Assembly: GCA_002269645.1 (NCBI GenBank)
Contig: NIVC01000163.1
Coordinates: 62,001 to 126,000, forward strand
Direction: 5' to 3'
From: Macrostomum lignano
Lineage: Eukaryota
Length of the DNA stretch: 64,000 nucleotides
The translations under genes were made by a program, and so were the position numbers. Of the stretch, positions 51,816 through 64,000 are shown in pieces. Positions within the stretch are counted from its first letter, which is position 1. Each line of letters starts with the position of its first letter. The notes under the pieces were generated by a model that saw only the letters and a list, made by a program, of their open reading frames with translations, was not told where the DNA came from and searched no databases.

Positions 51816-52699
51816 AGTTACAAGCTATCTTTTTCGATATAGCTGTAAATGAAGTAGTGATTATAGTGATTAAACCATTTTAGCTAGCTGTCAGATGATA
51901 TATTTTTTAGGATATTGTAGACGACGGTGTGTTTAAGTTCCTAAACGCACTCATTAATATGATAGCTGATCAATTTACAGGCATCTGCGGTTGCCACTAA
52001 CAAGGGCAGTCCAGTTTCGAGTCCACTTAATGAGAGAAAGCCAAAGAGCGGAAGCTTATAATTATATATCCTGAAACGACTAATGAACAGATGATTCGGT
52101 ATCGTAATGTACTAGACCTGAGCTTATTTGGCTAAACGTCTGTCAATGCTCTGCCCCATCTGAATCTGTTTCGCCCTAGAGTATTAATAGGTGTGAGTTT
52201 CGTTATTGGAGCTATAAAATAGAGTTATTAATGCTATTAATGATATCAGAGACAAAATTTTCCAATTCGATAAAAGAATACCCATTTTGTTAGGTAAAAA
52301 TAGTGCTTTTCCAATATTTGACAAGTTTATTTTGAAATATTTCTGACAAGCATTGATGTTAATCTGTCCACTTAACTGAAAAATATAAGATCCCATACCC
52401 TAGAATCAGTAATCTGACTAAGACCCCATACTTTAGAATCAGTATCTGACTAGGATCATATATCCACAGTCTTCAATCCAGATTCATATTCCTAGAATAG
52501 ATGATTCAAGGACAACTGAAAAGTTGCCTATGACTTGACTCGGGCCAATTCAGACCAGTATGTCTATGGCCAAAACTATTAAAAGAGGGCATTGATAAGC
52601 GTCGTTAACGCGCAGTATTATTTTAACCGTATCTGCTGTAAAAGAGCTGAAACATGGTTTGATTTCTTAGAAACATCGCAAACGGTTGAATCCGTCGCC

Positions 52700-53031
52700 A
52701 TGACAACAAGAAAGAATCGATCGGCAGTCATACCGGTCGACGGCGCATCAAAGTCGGCATCAAAGAGGAGTGCCCGGCTACTAGCCACCCGATGCGGCAA
52801 TCGGATCTACTTCACCATCGCGGACATCCCGCCACCAAGTCTGCTGTCGCTGCGACCGCTCCAGCCGAGGCGGTGGAGTCTGCAATCCTTTCACAAGAGC
52901 CGGAGTCCGAATTCGTTGCAGGGATCGCCACGCAGCGATCGAGCCGAGTCCGAAAAAATTGTCCTGGTGACGGCCAAGCGGTGGACTGTGAGCTGTTTGA
53001 CCAGCGCCCTGGCCTCCGCTAGACCCGATAG
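52700..53031 (+). CDS. orphan protein exon (two overlapping open frames)
   Basis: GC-rich island after acceptor ttcttag|(52671). ATG at 52700 is open to donor AG|GTAGGT. A second frame is open from about 52690 to 53022. Confidence 0.5.
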
Positions 53032-53064
53032 GTAGGTAGCGGCTTTGGCCATTGAGTAGCGTCT

Positions 53065-55400
53065 GGATGGAGTGAGAGCGACTGAGATGGAGTGAGAGTG
53101 ACTGAGATGGAGTGAGAGTGACTGAGATGGAGTTAGAGTGAATGAGATGGAATGAGAGTGACTGAGATACAGCTAGAGTGACTGAGATAGAGCGAGAGTG
53201 ACTGAGATGGAGTTAGAGTGAATGAGATGGAGTTAGAGTGACTAAGATGGAGTGAGAGTGACTGAGATGGAATGAGAGTGACTGAGATGGAGTGAGAGTG
53301 ACTGAGATGGGTGAGAGTGACTGAGATGGGTGAGAGTGACTGAGATGGAGTGAGAGTGACTGAGATGGGTGAGAGTGACTGAGATGGGTGAGAGTGACTG
53401 AGATGGAGTGAGAGTGACTGAGATGAAGTGAGAGTGACTGAGATGGAGTGAGAGTGACTGAGATGGGTGAGAGTGACTGAGATGGAGTGAGAGTGACTGA
53501 GATGGAGTGAGAGAGTCAGTGGGTGAGAGTGACTGAGATGAAGTAAGAGTGACTGAGATGGAGTGAGAGTGACTGAGATGGGTGAGAATGACTGAGATGG
53601 AGTGAGAGAGTCAGTGGGTGAGAGTGACTGAGATGGAGTGAGAGTGACTGAGATGGAGTGAGAGTGACTGAGATGGAGTGAGAGTGACTGAGATGGAGTG
53701 AGAGTGACTGAGATGGGTGAGAGTGACTGAGATGGGTGAGAGTGACTGAGATGGAGTGAGAGTGACTGAGATGGGTGAGAGTGACTGAGATGGGTGAGAG
53801 TGACTGAGATGGAGTGAGAGTGACTGAGATGGAGTGAGAGTGACTGAGATGGAGTGAGAGTGACTGAGATGGGTGAGAGTGACTGAAATGGAGTGAGAGT
53901 GACTGAGATGGAGTGAGAGAGTCAGTGGGTGAGAGTGACTGAGATGAAGTAAGAGTGACTGAGATGGAGTGAGAGTGACTGAGATGGGTGAGAATGACTG
54001 AGATGAAGTGAGAGTGACTGAGATGGAGTGAGAGTGAGAATGACTGAGATGGAGTGAGAGTGACTGAGATGAAGTAAGAGTGACTGAGATGGAGTGAGAG
54101 TGACTGAAATGGAGTGAGAGTGACTGAGATGGAGTGAGAGAGTCAGTGGGTGAGAGTGACTGAGATGAAGTAAGAGTGACTGAGATGGAGTGAGAGTGAC
54201 TGAGATGGGTGAGAATGACTGAGATGAAGTGAGAGTGACTGAGATGGAGTGAGAGTGACTGAGATGGAGTGAGAGTGACTGAGATGAAGTAAGAGTGACT
54301 GAGATGGAGTGAGAGTGACTGAGATGGAGTGAGAGTGAGAATGACTGAGATGGAGTGAGAGAGATGGAGTTAGAGTGTCGGAGATAGTCTGAGTGGCTGA
54401 GATGGAGTGAGAGTGACTGAGATGGAGTGAGAGTGAGAATGACTGAGATGGAGTGAGAGAGATGGAGTTAGAGTGTCGGAGATAGTCTGAGTGGCTGAGA
54501 TGGAGTGAGAATGACTGAGATGGAGTGAGAGTGACTGAGATGGAGTGAGAGTGACTGAGATGGAGTGAGAGTGACTGAGATGAAGTAAGAGTGACTGAGA
54601 TGGAGTGAGAGTGACTGAGATGGAGTGAGAGTGAGAATGACTGAGATGGAGTGAGAGAGATGGAGTTAGAGTGTCGGAGATAGTCTGAGTGGCTGAGATG
54701 GAGTGAGAGTGACTGAGATGGGTGAGAATGATTGAGATGAAGTGAGAGTGACTGAGGTGGGTGAGAGTGACTGAGATGAAGTAAGAGTGACTGAGATGAA
54801 GTGAGAGTGACTGAGATGGAGTGAGAGTGACTGAGATGAAGTAAGAGTGACTGAGATGGAGTGAGAGTGACTGAGATGGAGTGAGAGTGAGAATGACTGA
54901 GATGGAGTGAGAGTGACTGAGATGAAGTAAGAGTGACTGAGATGGAGTGAGAGTGACTGAGATGGAGTGAGAGTGAGAATGACTGAGATGGAGTGAGAGA
55001 GATGGAGTTAGAGTGTCGGAGATAGTCTGAGTGGCTGAGATGGAGTGAGAGTGACTGAGATGGGTGAGAGTGACTGAGATGAAGTGAGAGTGACTGAGAT
55101 GGAGTGAGAGTGACTGAGATGAAGTGAGAGTGACTGAGATGGAGTGAGAGTGACTGAGATGGAGTGAGAGTGACTGAGATGGAGTGAGAGTGACTGAGAT
55201 TGAGTTAGAGTGACTGAGATGGTGGAGTGAGAGTGACTGAGATGGTGGAGTGAGAGTGACTGAGATGGTGGAGTGAGAGTGACTGAGATGAAGTAAGAGT
55301 GACTGAGATGGAGTGAGAATGACAGAGATGGAGTGAGAGAGATGGAGTTTGAGTGTCGGAGATAGTCTGAGTGGCTGAGATGGAGTGAGAGTGACTAGGC
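53065..55400. repeat. 19/20-bp purine-rich minisatellite (orphan gene intron)
   Basis: Unit GAGTGACTGAGATGGAGTGA with recurring higher-order marker blocks. Confidence 0.95.
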
Positions 55401-55496
55401 TGGAGTGTTAATGTCTGGGAATTACTGATGACATCCCAGTAACCGACGTGAACGCCAGAGAAGCTAATAAAATATTCGCTGCAAACAATCTAACAG

Positions 55497-55875
55497 CCTC
55501 ACGGCCGCGGCAGAAATTTGGAGCAAGCCGGAGTTTCGAGGCGACCAGAAGTTTCAGCAGCGTCGACGGAGGCGACGACGTAGACGGAGGCGCTCGCAAC
55601 AACTACAACAACAACAACAACAACAAAAACAACAACAACAACAACAGCAGCAGCAGCAACAACAACAACAACAGCATCAGCAGCAGCAACCGCTGAAAAA
55701 GTCAAGCGAAAGCCAGTACCTGGTGCTGGAGCCGCATCAGGAGGAGGATCACGTAAGTCCCGACAGCGGAAATACCAGCAGCGAAGCAGTTTTACCAAGC
55801 AGGACTTACTACACCAGCATTCGACGCTTGAGAAGAGACCGACAAAAGTTCGAATTGTCAGCTGATCAGAGCTGA
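55497..55875 (+). CDS. orphan protein terminal exon (polyR/polyQ frame)
   Basis: ctaacag| phase 2 fits the 53031 donor: LTAAAEIWSKPEF...R11-S-polyQ...YYTSIRRLRRDRQKFELSADQS*. An alternative acceptor at 55440 gives a polyN frame. Confidence 0.5.
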
Positions 55876-56169
55876 TTAGGCCGGTGAAAATCTTTATTTA
55901 CTGAATTGTTTTCCAATGAAAAATCGGTCACGTTCATATCATCCAGATTATTAACGAAGGGCAGCGCGCATAGTTTTGAGTCTCTTGATGACTATATGCC
56001 CGAGTTATTTTCCGAAAATTATACCTTGGAACAGTGCGACCGAAATTTATTTTGATTTTTGCAACACTGCAGTTTCCAGTTGAATGCGCGTTGTGCTTTG
56101 TCTAAATGATTTATCAAATTGGAAAGAAATAGCTTTCCTTGAGTTACGATGCTATGCGATTTTGGGAGA

Positions 56170-56900
56170 CTTCAATTTTTTAGCGGTGACCTTGAACTGG
56201 TTAAAGTCGCTTTGGGTTAGAGATTTTCCATTTTCTATTGGTGACCTTGAAAACTGGTTAAAGTCGCTCTGAGTTGGGGATTTTCCATTTTCTATTGGTG
56301 ACCTTGAAAACTGGTTAACGTCGCTATGATTTGGGGATTTTCCATTTTCTATCGGTGACCTTGAACTGGTTAAGGTCGCCATGAGTTGGGGATTTCCCAT
56401 TTTCTATTGGTGACCTTAAAAACTGGTTAAAGTCGCTCTGAGTTGGGGATTTTCCATTTTCTATTGGTGACCTTGAAAACTGGTTAAAGTCACTCTGAGT
56501 TGGGGATTTCCCATTTCCTATTGGTGACCTTGAAAACTGGTTAAAGTCGCTCTGAGTTGGGGATTTTCCATTTTCTATTGGTGACCTCGAAAACTGGTTA
56601 AAGTCGCTCTGAGTTTGGGATTTCCCATTTTCTATCGGTGACCTTGAAAACTGGTTAAAGTCGCTCTGAGTTGGGGATTTCCCATTTTCTATCGGTGACC
56701 TTGAAAACTGGTTAAAGTCGCTCTGAGTTGGGGATTTTCCATTTTCTATTGGTGACCTTGAACTGGTAAGGGTCGCTCTGAGTTGGGGATTTTCCATTTT
56801 CTATTGGTGACCTTGAACTGGTTAAAATTGCTCTGAGTGGAGTTTTTCCATTCGGGTGACCTTGAAGTGGTTTGAAGGTAATTTGAATTGGGGATTTTTC
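56170..56900. repeat. 57-bp minisatellite between convergent genes
   Basis: Unit GTGACCTTGAAAACTGGTTAAAGTCGCTCTGAGTTGGGGATTTTCCATTTTCTATTG. Confidence 0.95.
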
Positions 56901-57875
56901 ATGTGCTAAGCGGTGAAGTTGAAGTTGGTTAAAGCCACTTTGAGTGGGGTACCAGTTGAAGCTACAGTAAAAAGATTCGCACAATTCATTTTGGGAACAT
57001 TGAACTGTACCTATTTAACCAAACGCACAAGAAACGTCTCGACTAGAATCAATAATTAATATGATGAACATCCAATCGTGTATTTCAACTGCTTACTGCT
57101 CAATTGGGCTTGCAGTACATTGTAAATCAAAGCGGCATATAACCCAAAACGTCTAGAAGAGCTTGCATGTTACAAAGGAAACTGTGACAGGCATAATGCA
57201 TTTCATAAAATAATTTTGAAAGCAATCAGTGTAATGCAAATATCGGGATTGAATCATAAACAAAATGATAAACAAAATAAGTTCTTTATTAAAAATGGCA
57301 GTGGCATTAGCTAGACTTTAAAAATTAATGGGCTGTAGAAAAAAGTAACAAAATAACTAGAATTCACAAGAAAATTTGAAACTATGAAATCGTATTTTTA
57401 ATCTGAAAATAAAAGAATGAGAATCTTAAGATAGTTTAATGAACAGTGGAACTGAAATAGTCATTTTTAACAAAGCAATTGTTTTATTTAAAGTGTAAGA
57501 AGTCCTTTATAAAGCTAATAGCTAAACAGACTCTTACTAGTGAAAAGTATAGAAATCAGAACTCTCTGCGACAACTTCTTTCAAGTTTTATGGGTAGGAT
57601 AGCTTTTCGAAAATTACAAACAATTCAATGCGGGGATGACAGACTACTGATTAATGAGTAGTAGTACGTAGTGTTACTTATTTTGTTTTTTAATTTGTTA
57701 AATTGAAAACTCACTATTTATCAGTGGGCGTTAGAAATCAAAGACAGACTTTCAATAGTAGCACTGTAAACTATTTAATGACTTTAACAAAGCGATACAG
57801 GACTATGTGGAACCCAACTGATTAAACGCGGTGGAAAGTGTTAGAAAGCAATGTGCTAAAAGTTTCCAAAATTAG

Positions 57876-59367
57876 TTAGCTGTCACAGGCATCGGAGGTG
57901 GCAATTACCAGGGGTGCATCTGCACCTTCATCATCAGCACTACTGCGATCTTGCACGCTGCCAAAGTCTTTTTGGGACTCGAATTTTGCATTCACATCGG
58001 ACTTTGATGATGATGACTCCTTGATAGTGCTTATGCCAGATTCTGCCGATACGCCAGCATCGACTACATCATGTCCCGGTTCGATTTTGACCACCGCAGT
58101 CTCAGCAGACACTTTCTGATCGATATTAGCCGTATTTTTCTCCGATAATACGCTACCATTCGAGGCTGGATCGTCAGTGCCGTTCGTGTTGTCAAGCACT
58201 GCAGAGTGAACAGTTACGGTTTCACTAACAGTACAATTCTCCATAGTTGCATCTGCATGCAATTCAGCGCAAGCTGCATTTGTGGAGACAGCGTTGTCAG
58301 AGGACGATTCACCGTCACGACTAACAACCTCTTCTAGCGATTCCATCTTGACAATATTCTGTTGAGCATGGCTCAATGAGGCTTCACAGTCCACTGCAGC
58401 TGAATCCACCAGTACGGAATGATTTACAGTGCCATTCGGTGCTGCATCATTTGCGGCAGCGCTCTCAAACTTTGCTTTATCGTCGTTTCTCAGCTCAGAA
58501 TGACCCGCTGCATCAATTTGAGACTCATTCTTGCCAGAGATCGGCTGCGAAACTTCACAAACCGAATGAGAGTTTGCAGGGAGAACCACTTTAGTTGCAT
58601 CCGGATCTGTTTGTTTGTCACTTGTAGGACTGACAGGGGCTGTTGTTTGACCTGGAATAGCAGCCGGTACAACATTAGCAGTAGTCACAGACTTCACTTC
58701 AACAACTTCTTTCTTTAAAGCCGAATGGACGGTCTCTAATACTCTAATAGCACCAACTGATGTAGCAATGGACATCGGTGCATTTTGCATCTGGAAATCG
58801 ACAGCGTCCAGTATCTTGAGCTCCACAACGGTTGTTGGCGGCGCAACCACTGGGACGCTGGCTGAAGCTGCTGGGGCTGCTGCAGCGGCTGCTGCTGCGG
58901 CGGCAGCACTCGACAGTCTCCTCTCGGCGAGCTTGCTCTTCAGACGTTCGAGCACCTCCGGATTCGGCATGGAGTGACTACATCCGCCGGAAACGGAACC
59001 ATTACCGACCCCGTTGTGGGACGCTCGTCTGTCCTCGTCAGCTGCCGACTGTCCATCACCAGACGGTCCGGCCAGCGAGGTCGAAGATGCTGTCGATGAA
59101 GCCAAAGAAACTGACGAATCGCAACCGTCAGTAGCTGTTGGATGATCCGTCGTTAATCCCTGGCGGTCGCCTTCGACACCGCCGTTGACTCCGTGGCTTG
59201 TTGATGCCGCGGTTAAAGTCTCCGACGACATTGTTGTAGCTGTCGCAGCTGCGGCCGCCACCCGCTGACAATTGTGATAATCCTCGATGGCTTTTGGCGA
59301 GAATTTGTAGATTTTCTTCTGGCGAAATCCGTGCGGCTCGAAGTATCGCCCTATGTCGCGCGAGTGC
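57876..59367 (-). CDS. ETS-domain factor exon 4 (wing and acidic S/A-rich C-terminus)
   Basis: ttgcag| phase-2 entry gives RHSRDIGRYFEPHGFRQKKIYKF...; open to TAA at 57876. Confidence 0.85.
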
Positions 59368-59506
59368 CTGCAAAAAACCGAAATTGGTAAAAGAATAAAA
59401 AATTGATGCTCTCTTAAGCTATTTTTATAGTTTTTTTTCACAACTTTGCTGAAAATTTGGCGCATTGTTTCCTTTCTGTCAATTTTCGAATAAGAACAGT
59501 GCCTAC

Positions 59507-59696
59507 CGAATGCCTCGAGCGAAGCACTCGTAATTATCCGTCTTGTTCCCCTTGATATGCTTCCACAGTTTGGCAATGGCCGACGGCGTAACGACTTTAA
59601 ATAGGCGATTGTATTTGTCAACCCATTCGATGTTGGCCCGGCAGCGACTGTTGTCCAACAGTTTCAGTAGAAACAGGTGAATCATCGGTTTCTGAC
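59507..59696 (-). CDS. ETS-domain factor exon 3 (ETS domain H1 to recognition helix)
   Basis: ttcgcag|GQKPMIHLFLLKLLD...IEWVDKYNRLFKVVTPSAIAKLWKHIKGNKTDNYECFARGIR|GTAGGC aligns with the ETS consensus (FLLxLL, I.W, FK, A.LW..K, NYE..R..R). Confidence 0.85.
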
Positions 59697-60166
59697 CTGC
59701 GAATGCGATGGTGTGTGTGAATGTGTGTGTACGGCACTCTCGCACATCTTCTGACTCTCGCGCCGCGGCCCCTGCTAGTTGATTTCGCGCGCGGTCACCA
59801 CATTCGTTTGGGGCTCGTGTGCATTGAAATTTGGCGCAAACCCCCCCCCCCCAGGGCACAGAGAGAGTACCTGCCTGACTAGTAGAAAGTCAAAGGGTCG
59901 CTGTACACCCTGCGTGAGCGAGTGTGTGAGTGCGTTAATGCGTACAGTATTGGGGCGCTTGCATGTGCTCAGGAGTCTGCGGAATGGACAGAATTGTCGT
60001 CAGCACTGCTTGTGGGACGATGTCTCGCACTAGGGTGCCCACAACGGTCTTGAATTGATTGTTGTTATTAATTTTAAGATGAGATATTAGCAAGTTTTTA
60101 GAGATGTAGGGAGGAGTAGAATGTGCATCCCCACAACCTACAGCCCACAGTTCACTGGTCCCTCAC

Positions 60167-60641
60167 CGTGCCAACAGAACAGTTCAGGTGCCAGACGTTG
60201 AAACTGTCGAATCTCTTGCTGCTGCTCAGCCGGCTCCAATGTCGCGCTGGCGCCAGCCGAAGCGCCATCCAGCCCGCGTTTGCGCCGCTTGTTGGCAGGC
60301 GGAGACCCGGCAGCTTCGCCGGTAGCAGATGGCTGCTGTTGCTGCGTCGGGTTATGCGACACGTTTGATCCGTTTCCAGCTGTACTGGTGGACAATCTTG
60401 ATGAGTCAGCGGACTGATCTAGCAATTGACGTCGCTTCAACTGTTGCTGCAGCTGTTGCTGCTGTTGTTGCAAGTGCAGATTCTGCTGTGGAAATGGTGC
60501 AAACTGATAGTGCGGCGGTTGAAACTGCGGCGACGCCTGCAGGCTACCAGCTGGAGCGCCGGAGCGATGCAGAACGGCCAATTGACAGAAACTCGGCAGG
60601 GTTGGCGGCGGATGGTGGGATGTTGGGGGATGTGTCGACAA

Positions 60642-60675
<34 letters not shown>

Positions 60676-60838
60676 GCCAGGCAACCAAACCGGACCAGCT
60701 GTCCAGGCTGTGGCGACTGCTGCGACTGCAAACTGTAATCCAACTGAGGCGGCGGGTAAGCAAACTTATAAACGCTGCTACTTCCAGCTGAAGCTGGCAT
60801 TGCGGCTGCTGTGTAGGGTTGAAGCGCAGTTGACTGTT

Positions 60839-60869
<31 letters not shown>

Positions 60870-61302
60870 CGGCGGCGGCGGCGGCTGTGGAAACATCGGA
60901 GGAAGCTGCGGAGGCGGCGGGAAGCTCATGGATCGAAGCAGGTCAGGCCTGAGACCATTTGTCGGCGGCGCAATCGGAGACGGCGAAGCCTTTGACGACA
61001 TCAAAGTTGACGTCGTTGGCAACGATGACGACGACGACGCAATAGTCTGCTGCATCGGCAGAAGGTGCGGCGCTGTGAATGGCGAAATCTTATTACCTTG
61101 AGTTGCCGCGGCTGCCGCGGCTGCTGCTGCTGCTGCCGCTGCTGCCGCTGCCGCCGCAGCAGCAGCCTGCAGATGCTGGTGATGCTGGTGCGGCTGTTGA
61201 GAAGAATGAGGAAGAGAAGGAGCACCAGCAGGAGGAGGCAGCAGACTCAGCTGCTGAGGCGGAGGGTACATGTAGTTACACCCTGTCGGACGAAACACCT
61301 GA

Positions 61303-61340
<38 letters not shown>

Positions 61341-61842
61341 TTGTTGTTGTTGCTGCTGCTGCTGCGGAAGATGGTGCGACTGATGCGCCGATATCAGCAG
61401 CTGCTGCACAACTTCTCGCTGCGATCGGGCCAAATTGAAACTGTCAACCAAACCGTTGAATGCGGCCGGCTCCAGCGCTGCCGATGCTGTGGGCTGCTGC
61501 TCAGGTGAAGATCGACTTGTATCTTCAGTATTTTCTTCGCAACCGTCTTCGCTCACATCTGTAGTTTCACTGTCTGCTTGTGGTTGTTGAGCAGCAGGAT
61601 TTGAGGATTCCGGCAGCTGCTGTAACGGCGGAGACAGATTCTCAACGTCCACCTCGCTGTCGCTGCTGACTCGCTCGATTTCAACTTCGACAGTGGCGCC
61701 CAGAGACAACTGGTGTCCCTCCTCGTGTTCGGCGCTGCTGAATAGCTGGTCGGCTTGAGAAGCGATGAAACTCGTGCAGTTCTCGGGTGTTCCAGGCGGC
61801 GTGGCGCATCGCGACATTGGCTGGTCGCTCACGTCCGACAGG
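60167..61842 (-). CDS. ETS-domain factor exon 2 (Q/P/A-rich region)
   Basis: accatcag| acceptor; 558 open codons with polyQ and polyA; donor CAC G|GTGAGG, phase 1. Confidence 0.85.
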
Positions 61843-62387
61843 CTGATGGTGCGAATAAGAAAATTAAACACATGTAATTTTTAAGCAGCTTCTCTGAACC
61901 CCAAATCTATGACAGGCTTGATTTATTGAGATGAAGGCATCCACATGTTCACAGACTTTCTAATTTTCAGACATGCACACTGTCTGTGCCTCGGGGGCTG
62001 GGCCTCGTGAAGATAATTAACTGCCCAAGGATAACCAACGTCTATGGCAAAAAGTCTATGCGTACAGAAGTTTTTTTAAATCCTGGATTGGCACTTCATT
62101 TCACTTCGGTCAATTCGCCATAAAAAGAACGCTCTATTCGAATTTTGGCGGTCTTGCAAGAAGTTTGTATCTATGGTCAGGGAAAGGCAAGTGACAATAA
62201 CAATTGTTATAGCATAGAACTTGTGGGTCAGAAAGTGGCAGCTTTAGGCGGTGGTGTGTATTGCGTCATTTAGAGATATGAGAAAAGTTGATCACTGCAT
62301 GGGTTCGAGGTAGAAACTTTAACATGTTGCCGAGTGTACATGTGGCATGTAACCTGATAAATGTGGCTGAATGTGCATGTAATGGTT

Positions 62388-62647
62388 GTAGCCTAGTGGC
62401 TAGAGCGTCAGACTCATGTCATGACTGAAAGGTCGGGGGTTCGTGTCCTTGAGCAAGACACTTAACTCTGGATTGCTTCAGTTCACCCAGCTGTAAAATG
62501 GGTGCCAGCATTAGCATTAGTCGATCCGCCAGTCCTTGGACTGAACAGCCGAACGCAGCCTTCAGATGCGCTGCGCAATAGCTGCGGCTGAGCTGTCGGT
62601 TGCACATCTGCCCATTTGGGCGGGTGTATTACTATTATTATTATTAT
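62388..62647 (+). mobile_element. same SINE family, copy 3 (in ETS intron 1)
   Basis: TAGCCTAGTGG A-box; deletion across the B-box region; CORE-like segment; 3' part nearly identical to copy 1; (TAT)n tail. Confidence 0.75.
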
Positions 62648-62690
62648 ACTATAAACTTGATAAAGGAAGGCAAATGGCTTAGAGACGTAC

Positions 62691-62806
62691 GCGTCAGTTG
62701 GGCGATTGTCAGTATCGCTGGCATCGGGTCGATGATTGAGAAGTTCCTGGCGCTGCTGGTGGAAATCTTCCTCGGTGTCCGGACTTTCAGTGGTCGCAGA
62801 TGCCAT
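62691..62806 (-). CDS. ETS-domain factor exon 1 (further upstream exons possible)
   Basis: MASATTESPDTEEDF...RPTD|GTACGT; phase 2 matches the acceptor at 61842. Confidence 0.6.
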
Positions 62807-63202
62807 ACGCAGTGCCAGAGTTGCATAAAACTCTATCGATTGCGCTCTAGCTATAAGTCGAGTCAGGACGTCCCGTTCAATAATTAGGAGGGTTGGGGCA
62901 AGTAAGCAGACGATTGATTGAGTTAGAGCTTCTAGTTGCCAGACTTGTCTATGGCCAGACTAGCAGCTCTCTCAATCGGCATCTCCATTAACTCTAATTT
63001 AATACTTGATAGGTCACCCACCTCAGCATGTCAAAGGCAGCAATCTATCAGGCAGGCTCTGTGTAGCGCTGTAATTGTGTTATAAATATAACTTCAATGC
63101 GGCATTTGCCAAGCGTGTGCGTGTATTGTAAAGTCGAATGCAAATATATAGTTAAGCTTTAAAAGCAGTAAGTTCAGCAATTAGAAAAGCGAAGAAAGAA
63201 CA

Positions 63203-63204
<2 letters not shown>

Positions 63205-63290
<86 letters not shown>
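63205..63290. repeat. (AG)n microsatellite
   Basis: About 43 perfect AG units. Confidence 0.97.
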
Positions 63291-63292
<2 letters not shown>

Positions 63293-63829
63293 ACAGAGCT
63301 CCCTTATGTACACTGCAGCTTTCAAGACTCGCATATCTAATGCAGAGACCTTGAGAGGCAGAGCTGGTGTAACACCGCAACTGTATCAAGGCTTGTATAA
63401 ATGATTGTCAAAGGCGCACTTACACTTGGCTGTGTACGCAACAAGCTGGAAATGTATATACAAATATTCTACATGGTTTAGTGTTCTATTTGGGGAATGC
63501 TGAATGTTGGAGGGCATTTATGTTCAGCCGCGATCTTCACTTTCATTGCTGCTAACCATGCAGTGCTGCATGAAATAAAGTTCGTTCTATTTTAAATGCG
63601 GATTTATAAGCACACTTGTGTGGTCTTTGGATGTGTAGTTAAGGACTAAGTTTTCGTAACCTCGCATAAATAAAGCCATTTGAATTATACACTGCATCTG
63701 TCAAATAAAACAAGCGACAATTGATTGTTAAATATAAAATTTGTTTTTCACTATGGTTTCACATTCTATAATGGTCACATTCAGAAAGTTCATTCTGGCC
63801 TGATGCACTTTTAAACAAATTTATCTGCC

Positions 63830-64000
63830 TTTGCTTCACTGTGTGTCAGTGTGGAGCCATGCTTCACTGTGTCAGTGTGCAGCCATGCTTCACTGTGTGT
63901 CACTGTGTGTCAGTGTGGAGCCATGCTTCACTGTGTGTCACTGTGTGTCAGTGTGGAGCCATGCTTCACTGTGTGTCACTGTGTGTCAGTGTGGAGCCAT
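63830..64000. repeat. about 38-bp minisatellite running off the window
   Basis: CTTCACTGTGTGTCACTGTGTGTCAGTGTGGAGCCATG units. Confidence 0.9.

Noticed and set aside
55499-55798. Minus-strand ORF as a further ETS exon
   Set aside because: It is the poly-Val antisense of the CAA/CAG tract, and ETS exon 4 already ends in TAA at 57876.

Overview
Eukaryotic (animal) genomic DNA with spliced genes. GC-rich, polyQ/polyA-rich exons and a very high minisatellite load suggest a macrostomid flatworm such as Macrostomum; this is inference only. Four genes are well supported, all on the minus strand: eIF4B (34-5964, 4 exons, with an unusual RRSPSP repeat and a frame-disrupted exon 3), a CDKL2-like kinase (22375 down to about 14470, last exon uncertain), a 5-exon tachykinin/natalisin-receptor-like GPCR (32863-38593), and a 4-exon, about 1157-aa divergent ETS factor (57876-62806). 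A plus-strand two-exon orphan locus (about 52700-55875) can be read in two different frames. About 28 tandem arrays are present, and most of the large introns carry their own private minisatellite. There are also three copies of a tRNA-headed CORE-like SINE and several MITE/foldback elements. No rRNA, bona fide tRNA, CRISPR array or intact transposase was found. All coordinates were read by hand; splice models need RNA-seq confirmation.
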